54,541 bases of DNA from Callorhinchus milii. Taxonomy: Eukaryota. The position numbers and the translations under genes are program-made. The notes under the pieces were generated by a model. It ran no database searches, was not told the DNA's origin, and was given only the letters and a program-made list of their open reading frames with translations. Positions 1 to 10,200 of the stretch are shown here, in pieces (position 1 is the first letter of the stretch; the number at the start of each line of letters is the position of its first letter). The stretch covers positions 1 through 54,541 of the forward strand of contig NW_024705318.1 of the NCBI RefSeq assembly GCF_018977255.1, read 5' to 3'.

Positions 1-1369
1 CACATACACGTAACACGGCGGTCATTCAGGTTTTGTCAGTCCCTTTGACGTGCACAACTGTCAGAAATATACTTGCAGTGAATATCTGCTAACGATGACA
101 TGCGCACGAGAAATCGTGGGAATTTTAAACCCTCGTTGCCTATTCAAACGCTCACTCACTCTATGTTAAATAACGCACAGAGTTGCGTACATTCACTCGG
201 GGCGCTATTCCCTGGCGGGAAAAACAGCGATTTAAAAATTGAAGTCAAACTGTTGTTCCGGTTCGACCGCTGAATTTCGTGCAGAATTTCTCAGGTGTTC
301 ATTCAGTCCTCTAAACCATTCTGATACCCTTTACCTTTTATGCTTGCAAACAAATGGGTGGGTTTTATTTTTGGGGGTCCGAAATCTTGCCAACCGATAA
401 TGGTCCGCAGAGCACACAGTTTCGGCAAAGGTCCTCAATGCTATTTTTACGCACAGGAGTTCATTCAACCTCTGAAATATTCACTTTTCTGTGTTATTTC
501 CACTCACCGAATTATTCTGATTATCTACGGTTGGGTCACTTCACTAACCCTTCAGATGGTGCGTTGCACTGTTGGCACTTAACACCAGAGTCACCGTGCA
601 AAGCACACTCGTCTCCGCAAATCATGATATCCCCTTAATCCCATCGCAACGCTTACCTTGTAGATCCTCCCGAAATATCAGTTCGTCCTGTAATTAAGCT
701 GTTGGACAGCAGATGGTTTTAAGGCAGAAACAGTGAGATCTGGAGCAGACTGCTGTGATATGATTTAATAATCTCATCCCCACTGATGACGCAGAGTGTC
801 TGGGAACCACGAGCATTGTACTGGTTTGCAATCGAGTGTTTCAAACCCTATTAATTTCCATTCCAAAAAACAGTAGTCTGTATCTCTAATGCACCGCGAT
901 GTGTTTCTGTGCAACAGCTGATGTTTAAATCATCATAATAATAATAATAATAATAATCCTTGCATTTGATATAGCGCTTTTTCACGACAATGAGACATCT
1001 CAAAGCGCACAGCAGTGTCCTCCAAACAGTTGTGGATTGAGTGACCATCAATAGGCGTAACTTAACATATGCAGTGAAGAAAAAAAGGGTTCTACGAATA
1101 ATAATAATAATAATCCTTGCATTTGATACAGCGCCTTATCACGTCTTCGAGACGTCTCAAAGCGCTTCACAGGATATACTGTTAAGTAGTGACTGTGAAC
1201 GGTGACCACGTCAGCGTAACTCAAACCGCCTTGTTGCAAATCGAGACCGATTCCGAGTTCCTTCAGTGTGGTGGGGGGGGGGGGTGGGGGGAAATCCCAT
1301 GGTGCTGTCAGTGCCGCGTGGGTGACGCACGTTGAGGCCGTTTTCCAGCGTCTCAATCCACTTTTGAAG

Positions 1370-1665
1370 GGGGTTGCAGCTCAGATTCTCCAGAATCAAT
1401 CGGAGCTTAAAGGGTTAAATTACGAGGAGGACCGGTTGCGTAAACTTGGTCTGTGTTCCCTTGAGTTTGGGAGGTTGATCTGATTGAGGTGCTCTATAAA
1501 TGATGAGGGCATTCGGTTGGGTAGCTCCAGAAGAGCTTAGGTCAGGGTATGAAGGGATATGGGGCAAAGACGGGCAATTGGAGCTGAGGGCACAGATCAG
1601 CCATGATCTTAGGGAATGGCAGAACAGGCTCAAGGGGCTGAATGGCCTCCTCCTGTTCCTATCGT
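1370..1665 (+). mobile_element. CR1-type LINE 3' fragment
   Basis: Degenerate ORF2 C-terminus ELKGLNYEEDRLRKLGLCSLEF..LI plus the 3' UTR GATCAGCCATGATC...GAATGGCCTCCTCCTGTTCCT. Confidence 0.75.
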
Positions 1666-2962
1666 GATTTCGACACTGTAGTAACAGCAATCCCTACATT
1701 TGACCCGGCGCCCCATCACGTCTGCGAGACGTCTCAAAGCGCTTCACGGGACACGCCGCAAAGTGAATGGACTGTGTAGTTTGGGGGCGAATCGCATTGG
1801 TATTGCGCCTTTCGTGTCGGTAAGACGTCCCCTAAGGCAGAGCAGCAGCAGGCGCGTGACCGCGCTTCAGTGGGGGTGGGTCGGGAGGGTGGGGGGGGGG
1901 GGATTGATGTTTCCGACGTGCAGCTTTATTCTGCCTGCAGAAGAGGCTCGTTCACGTTCAGTCCCGTGAGACGACATGAGATAAATCCACCCGCGCACGA
2001 ACACTGCATCGCCACAGCTCAGCAGCAACAACTTACATTTACACGGAGCCTTTCACGGCGGGAGGACGTCCCAAGGCGCTGGACAATCGGGGGGTGGGAG
2101 GGGGGTTTGGCACCGAGCTGGGGGTTGGGATCGGGAGGGGGATACACACAGCAGTCGGGCGCCCCTCTCTGTTACTTCGAGCCTGTTCCGCCATTCTATC
2201 AGATCGTGGCTGAGCTGCACCTCTTTAAGCGCTGCGAGACGCCGTCTGGCGTGAAGGGCGCTATATAAATGCAAGTTGTTGTTCGTACAGTTGCGTCCCG
2301 ACGAAGCATTTCGACGTGTTGTAGCACTTTTGAACCTTTTTGCTCCTTCAACCTCATCGACAACAATCTTCTTGCCCTCACACAGGGCGCGTCCTGAAGC
2401 TGAATTGTTCGCACCAAGCTATTTGCATTTCTACTCTTCCGGTTGACAGTTCGAGACATCTTTCGTGTTGCTAAATCCTCCTTTAAACGTATTTCTCCAC
2501 CCCCCACCACCCCGGGCACCCAGTTTCGCTTTGACTGGTTTGCTCAACGTCCATCCTCCGAAAGACTAGCGTCACAGTGGAATTCTTGCGCTCAGCAACC
2601 AACTGAGCTGTGGTTTAGATACTGAGCCACGTTCTTGGTTTGTCACAAGTGCAGAGGAGCGTACTGTTCGTTTCAGTATCGCAGACGCTGCACTCCCTTC
2701 ACCGACCCCCCCCCCGTGAACAGGAATTGGCGAACAGAAAAGCAATTTCCCGCGGTCTTTAGCCGGTGGCCTATTTGCACGCCGACACCACAAACGTGCC
2801 AGCCGCACGGCGAGGGCTGCTGGAAGCTGATTCCTTTTCGTACAGCCTTTTCTCGAGAGCCCCCCCCCCCCCCGTTCACTGACTTTCAACACGAGACTCT
2901 CACTTGGTACGCACTTTCACGTGATGAATTCTTGCTCCTCTGCGATTCCTGGATGGATGCAA

Positions 2963-2996
<34 letters not shown>

Positions 2997-5859
2997 CTGT
3001 AGCTAGAGTCTGGAAATGAAAGAACAGGGGCAAGACAGACAGAAGGGAGAGAGAGAGAGAAAGAGAGAGAGGCAATGAGAGAGAGAGAGAGAGAGAGACA
3101 ATTCACGTTGTGACCCGTGTCCTCACAAGAAAACACACTGACTGACCGAGGAAGCTCTTCATGCTGTCAAGACCAGTGAAATACCTGAGTAATTCACCTC
3201 AAAAAAAAAAAACAACCTACCATTTCTATAACCTACCTCACTCAACTTTAATAGCCAGACAAAGACACTGCCAAGTCTCCTCAGCAGAATGGTTTTCCTC
3301 GTCAACGGCACTTTCACCCCCCCCCCCCCCCCGCCCTCAACCCAACCCAAACCCAACCCCCAAAATCCTCGCCCGGCCTGATGGGTCCTGAAAGTCCGCC
3401 ATCCGCGATTCTCTGCCTACCTTAAGAGGCTAAATTGCATTCAGACACCGCAGTCATACAGCTCTCTTCGAAGTTCACCAACTGCTCCCGAAGCCAAGCC
3501 ATTCATTTCCACTGGGAGAAGCCAATCTGTGATATCTACTGTGAGCAGGTACAGTCGACACTAGAAGGGGGGGCGGGCGATCTCAAGGGCAACTAAACCT
3601 TGAAGGCTAAAGTCGAAAACCGCACTTGTATTTCTTTATACCCCAAACAATATGTCCCTTCCCTTCTCCTGGGTGACGGTGGGTGATTTGGCCTTCAGCT
3701 TGCTTGTGCGTGGCTTGTAATCTGCCTAGCGTCTTCTAATAATAAAAATCCTTGCCTTTGACGCGGCGCCTCATCGCGTCTTCGAGACGTCTCAAAGCGC
3801 TTCACGGGACGCGCCGTGAAGCGAATTGACTGTATGTTTCCCGGGCCGACTGCGGCAGCCAATTGCGCACAGCGACGTCCCCATAAGCAGCCGTGGGTTG
3901 AGTGACCTATTGAGAGTATATTGACAGACAAATGACTGTATACTTTGTGGGGTGAAACGTGCCCATTAGGCACCCACGATTATGGCAAGCGTTGTTTTCG
4001 AAAGTCTTCACCAGCCCAAAGATAAGAGTTGAGGTCTTGTAAGGGCAGGTTAATGAAGATCCTGTGATCTCCAGGATTAATAAGTAATTAATAAGCCAGA
4101 ATCATTCCACCAGCCAGCAAGGAGTCGCAGAGGATGGGTGGGTGTGTAAGGGGAGCCTTGTAACTACCCACGGCTTGTGTGCGACCTGAGAGAGGATCTT
4201 CCAACACGGTGCTGACACAGTAATAATAATCCTTGCCTTTGGTAACGGCGCCTCATCAGGTCTTTCGAGACGTCTCAAAGCGCTTCACAGGGTACACACC
4301 GCAAAGCGAATTCGCTGCGTATTTTGTGGGTGAAACGCGGCAGCCGTTCGCGCACAAGCAAGCCACGCGCAAGCAGAAGCATATTACAAACCAAATTTGA
4401 ACCCTGGGGACGTGCTGCTCCTTTCGACCCCCCCCCGGTGTCACAAGCGGCGGTGTGCGGGTGCGTGTTTTTTTTTTTTTTTAATACACCTCCTTTCGTC
4501 CATCCGTTAAAAACAGGGTCACCTCAGCACAGTGGTTCTCTGTCAAACGGTCCACGTCAAAAAAAACGCACGATCCGTTGCTGTCACGTTTCTGAAGGCT
4601 GTAACTTCGTGTTTCATTGGACGGGAGGGGAATGGATGGATCGATGAACTTGCATTCACAAATTTTCTATCCCCACCACCACCCCACGGCATTTGCACGT
4701 TCTCCCTCCGCCATTCACGCGATCGAGCAGCCTTTTGATCGCTCTCCGATTCCTTTCCGCACTTCTTCCACGGAGGGAGGGATTGCCCGTTGAGAGTTTA
4801 GTTGCCCTTACGTGACTTTTAGATGGAGCTGGTATTATTGCAAGAGTGTCTTGTCAAGCGCGCTCCGCAGGGGCCCCGAGCTCGGTCTGAACCCTGACAT
4901 TCTCAAATCCCAAACCCGGATTGATTGCGTGTCAGGATTAGCAGCAATAATAATAACAATCCTGGCTTTTGATACAGCGCCTCGTCGCGTCTTCGAGACG
5001 TCTCAAACGCGCTTCACGGGACACGCTGTAAAGTGGACTGACCGTGCATTTTGCGGGCGAAGCGCGGCAGCCGATTGCGTTTGTGTAAACGTCCCCCCAA
5101 ACAGTCGTTTCAAATTTCAAAAACATTTCGAAAGCTTCCTTGGAAGAAAAAAAACACAGGGCACAAAAAATGGACATGTCCCCCCGAGAGGGGGGGGTTC
5201 ACCTCTTGAGCTTTGGGCCCCTTGGGTTCTCTTGACGCGTAAGAAACTTTTGCGATGTTGTGCAGCCCGTTTAAACCCTCCGTCCACCGGAAAGCAGCTC
5301 GAGTGATTTCTGGGGTTCAGACAAACAGCTGGTACGATTGAGAGGAGCCATTCGGAGCGCTCTCGAGGTGAAATTTTTGCTCTCGGGCAGGCTGACGACG
5401 TGGTAGTCACGACCCTTATATTTTTAAGCAGCGCCCTCTCACTTCGCCGAGACCCCCTCAAAGCGCTTCACGGGTTTTGCGCGCAGCCCCGTTCCACAAA
5501 CGGCCGCGGACTGCGTGATCTATTTTATTTTAGATCGTGGCCACGATACAGAGAGAGAGAAAGAGGGCGAAACTCACTTCTCTTTTCGAACTGTGCAACG
5601 AGACCTTTTTAACACCCAACTGAAATGATATTTTTCTTTTCTGGGGGATATTTTGGCACCAGGTCGTTCGAGGCTCGACTGCGGGGAATTTTTTTTCTCG
5701 AAGGCAATCGAGAGCAAATCTTAATTTAACATCGGGTCTCTTTTAATTTGCAACGGGTTTATTTCTTTGGCGGGCGAGGGGGTGGGGGAAGAGAGCAAAG
5801 AGGTATTGCTTCTCAAACCAGTGCGCGTGGATCAGTTTTGATCGGGTGCTAACGTTTGG

Positions 5860-6400
5860 CTGAAACCCAAAATCACAGGCTCATTCACACATCGTCACCG
5901 ACTCGGTTGAAACCCTTCATAATGTGCGTTCGACATCACAGCAATGGCCAATCTGTCAGCGAAATAGCGACCGTTTGGGACACACAGACTCTTCGGATCA
6001 TTCCACCTATTCATATATGCACCTAGTTATATATATATATCTATATATATAAACGAGAAAGCTTTGTCGGGCAAGATTCACCCCTTTGCTCCCTGGGACC
6101 TGGCCTTCAGATCAGAGAGCTGCGCCACCTTCGTCAGATTTGCACAAGACCTTTCTTAGCTGGTAGGAGCGACAGTGACGACAAATGACACCCGTACCGC
6201 GCCCGTCAGGCCGGAAAGAGGGTCCCAGGGCGCCGCAGGCACGCCTCACTTTGACACACAGTTGGAACGTCACAAGGCAGGACAACCCAATTGCAATGGG
6301 ACACGCCGCCAATTCCCATTCTCACGCTCTCTCAAATCTGCCAACCGCTCAATCACAAACGGCCCTGCCCGCCCGCCCGCCCGGCCGCGTTCTGTCTCGT
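5860..6400 (+). promoter_or_regulatory. Putative CA-rich intronic enhancer upstream of the paralogue poison exon
   Basis: Scattered CACA/ACAC motifs (atcacaggctcattcacacatc, gacatcacagc, gacacacagac, ttgacacacag, aatcacaaac) at the position equivalent to the HNRNPL cluster. Less dense than the HNRNPL cluster; boundaries approximate. Confidence 0.45.
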
Positions 6401-6570
6401 CGAAACGAATGTCCTGTTGTGTGCTGTAAGCCGCCGTTGTTTTGACCGACCGATCGATTTGATATGTTTTTCGAACAAAGCGAATAAAGAACCACCACGT
6501 GTGCAGAGAAGCCATTCTAATTGTGATCTTTTGTTTCTCTGGTGTCGATTTACTGTAAAACATGAGACAG

Positions 6571-6673
6571 GGTTGAAGTGTCAAGCCTTGTGTTGAACCT
6601 CCTTGCAGCCCCGTATGTTTGATGGAGAGCCATCTTTCAAACTGCCCCTTGTTGGCTGTTGAAGCATAAATTG
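6571..6673 (+). other. Poison (PTC-containing) cassette exon of the hnRNP L paralogue, homologue of HNRNPL exon 6A
   Basis: Boundaries acag|GGTTGAAG ... TGTTGAAGCATAAATTG|gtaagg. It aligns to 23666-23735 (TATGTTTGATGG..CCATCTTTCA..ACTGC..GCTGTTGAAGCAT). Assuming the same phase-1 entry as in HNRNPL, there is an in-frame TGA at 6594-6596. A second acceptor at 6608|6609 also leads to a TGA. Confidence 0.8.
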
Positions 6674-7207
6674 GTAAGGTAATGTGCCCAAGGACCTTGT
6701 TCTCTAGTGCTGCTGTAAGTAGATCCCTTTTATATATATACATATATATACCATCTACCTACTGTACTAGTTCCGTCTGAAAACTCTGGCATTTTTTTTT
6801 TTTAAACGCGCTGTTCAAATCGACTTGTAACTGCTCCGATCGCTATTTGATTGATTCTCGCAGATGTCTGCAGACAAATTCTTAACCTAGTGCTGGAAGC
6901 GGGGTGGGTGGGTGGGTGGGTGGGGGGGTGTGGGGGGTGGGGGTGTGGGTGGGGGTCTTGCCGTCTCTCAATGTGTTTCATTCGCAATCACTTTTGTCTG
7001 AAAATCGGGTGCAAGAATGTGACTTCCCTTTGCTTGCGTTCCTTTTGTTTTCCAACCTCCCCCCTCCCACCTCCNNNNNNNNNNNNNNNNNNNNNNNNNN
7101 NNNNNNNNNNNNNNNNNNNNNNNNNNNNNNNNNNNNNNNNNNNNNNNNNNNNNNNNNNNNNNNNNNNNNNNNNNNNNNNNNNNNNNNNNNNNNNNNNNNN
7201 NNNNNNN

Positions 7208-10200
7208 GCAAACGGGCCAGGCAGCCCGCCTTGCTAGGCGACGCCCCTTCTGGCTTCGGTAACACGCGAGGCTCCGAGTGCAGGAGGACAGGTGCGCAGT
7301 CCACACGTGGCTCGTTTCCGCGTCCCTCTCGAAGCGCGGCTCGTTTTCAAACCCTCGCCAGAAAAAAAAAACGTACCTGCGCTTCGTCCGCAGGGTGTCC
7401 ACAAAGTCCTGTTACCCACTTCCCGGGCAGGGCGAAATGTTGGACGTGTTTCGTTACTCCACACGCAAACACGCACGCGCGCGCGCGCGCACACACACAC
7501 ACACACGCCTCTGTTACCCAACAGTAACTAGGAACCCGGTTTGTTAGTCGATAATCCGGGGGTAATAATCCCACCAAAGCAGTAAATAAATAATAATAAT
7601 AAATTGGTCACTTCAATCCACGGCTTACGCGGGAGGGACGTCGCTGGGCGCAATTGGCCGCCGCGTTTCGCCCGCAAAACGTACAGTCGCTCCAGTTTAC
7701 GGTGTGTCCCGTGAAGCGCTTTGAGACGTCTCAAAGATGTGGGAAGGCGCCATGTCAGATGCAAGGGTTTTTTTTTTTTCTTTTTTGCATAGGACCGGGA
7801 GGAGGCCATTCAGCCCCTCGAGCCTGTTCCACCGTTCTATTCTGTGAGATCACGGCTGATCTGTGCCTCAACTCCCAATTACCCGCCTTCGCCCCATATC
7901 CCTCGATCCCCCGACCTAACAAACATCTCTCCACCTCAGTCTTGACAACGTGAATGGATCCACAGCCTTTTGGGGCAGAAAGTTGCAGAATCCCACTAAC
8001 CTTTGGATGAAAAACTGCCCCCAATTTCACTCCGAAATGGCTTGGCTCTAATTTTAAGATGTTACCCCCCCACCCCTTGTTCTGGATTACCCCCCAACCC
8101 CACCAGAGGAAATAGTGCCTGTGTAGCTGTCAGTCGAATCTCTTTATCATTAGAAACACCTCAATCAGATCACCCCTCAACCTCCTAAAAACACACGGGA
8201 ATAGAGCCCCAAGTTTACGCAATTTAACCCCTTTAAGCCCTGGTATAATTCTGGTAAATCTGCGCTGCACCCCCCCCCCCCACCCTTATAAAGCACTGAC
8301 CAGCAACTGGAACATGTGGAAGTGTGACGATAATTGTATTTAGAAGTACTTCATTGTATTCAGCACGAGCGTTTAACTGGACCGAAGTGGAGTCCCTGCG
8401 GTGTAGTGGTCAGAACATTGGCTCCGCGAGCGAGAGGAGCTGGGTTCGATTCCCAGCAGGGCAAAACGTTGGGCAAGTTTCTTTACTCACACACGCACAC
8501 ACACACACACACGCCTCCGTTAGCAGTAAGCAGGAACCGAGTTGTTAGTCATTTGGCGGATGGCTTTTCCGGGGGTAATAGTGTCTTTTTTTTAAAAAAA
8601 ATGTGGTCACTCAATCCACGACTGTTTGCGCGCAATTGGCTGGCGCGTTTCGCCCGCGCGATACACAGTCACTACGCTTCGCAGTGTACAGCCGTGAAGC
8701 GCTTTGAGGCGTCTCAAAAGAGGTGATAGCTCGCCGTATCATACGCAAGGATTATTATTATTATTATTATCATCATTATCATCATCATCGCTGGCAGCTT
8801 TTTTCAGCTCCCTCCGTAGTGTCGTATCGCTGTTTTGTAACGGTGGGAGGTTAAGAGGACTTTGTGGACACCTCCTTGTTCTCCCCCCTTCCAACCCCCA
8901 CACCCACCACACACCCCCCCCTCCCCGTCTCCTTAAGTGATGAGAGTGTTGAGTGGCTCCTGTGTAAAATTCCCCTCGTCCAGTGAACTCCTCGTCATCC
9001 CGTACTCACTGTTTGTCTCTTCGCTCAGGCTCTGGCTACCCACCTTCATCATATCACAGCTATTACGAAGATGAGGATGACTACGGGCCAATATCTCACT
9101 ACGAGGGGAGGGGAATGGGACCCCCCCCACCACCTCCTCCCCCACCAATGGGGGGCTCGCGAAGAGGCCCGTCCCGGCGCTATGGACATCCGTACGGCCC
9201 CCCGCTCCCTCCCCTGCACGATGATTACGGCCCCCTGGCTGACAGTCCGGTGCTGATTGTCTACGGGCTGGACATGAAGAGGTTAAACGCAGACCGAGTG
9301 TTCAGCATCTTCTGTCTGTACGGCAATGTGCATAAGGTACGCGTCACCTTCAAAGCCCTCCACGGTCTTGCTCCCCCTCGACCGCTCCGACCTCCTAACC
9401 CCGTGTCAGCCTGTCCGCGCTCTCCGCTCGACGGACACCGGCCGTCGGGCATTCCCTCTCTCTCTGCCCCCACACTCTGGAACTCTAACCCCACAATCCC
9501 TCCGCCTCACCCCCTCTCTTGCCTCCTGCAAGTCCCGTCTGGAGATCTTCCTCTTCGACCGTGCCTTTGGCCACCCCCCACCCTCCCTGACATATACAGT
9601 CACTACACTTTGCAGTGTATCCTGTGAAGCGCTTTGAGGCACCTCGAAGACGCGATAAGGCGCTATGTCAAATGCAAGGATTATTATTATTATTATTGTT
9701 CTAATAATTATGTTTCAGGTGAAGTTCTTGAAGAGCAAGCCTGGGGCTGCTATGGTGGAGATGGGAGATGGGTTTGCAGTCGACCGAGCCCTGACTTGCC
9801 TCAACACCAACAGCTACCTGTTTGACCAACAACTAAATGTCTGGTGAGAGTACCTGATGATCGTTCTGCGCAGTTGGTCTTAATTAGCTCTGCAGAGTTT
9901 CGCGACTGGGCTTACACCTGCGTAGCTCAGTGGTTAAAGGCTTCGCCTCGCAAGCAAGAGGACCCCTGGGCTCGTTCTCCCCCTCACACTCCCTCTCTCT
10001 CTCTCTCTCCAGTGTATCCAAACAGAAGGTCATAGTCCCCGGTCAGTCGTTTGAGATGGAAGACGGCTCTTGTAGTTTCAAGGACTTCTCCAACAACCGG
10101 AACAACCGGTTCACGAACATGAAGCAAGCCGCCAAAAATCGCATCCAGAAACCCAACAACATGCTTCACTTCTTCAGCGCTCCTCCGACAATCACAGAGG

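Noticed and set aside
780-850. TGATGA box-C-like motif (possible snoRNA)
   Set aside because: No suitably placed CTGA box D or terminal stem.
2199-2519. 106-aa minus-strand ORF
   Set aside because: No recognisable domain or convincing splice context, and it ends in a repeat tail.
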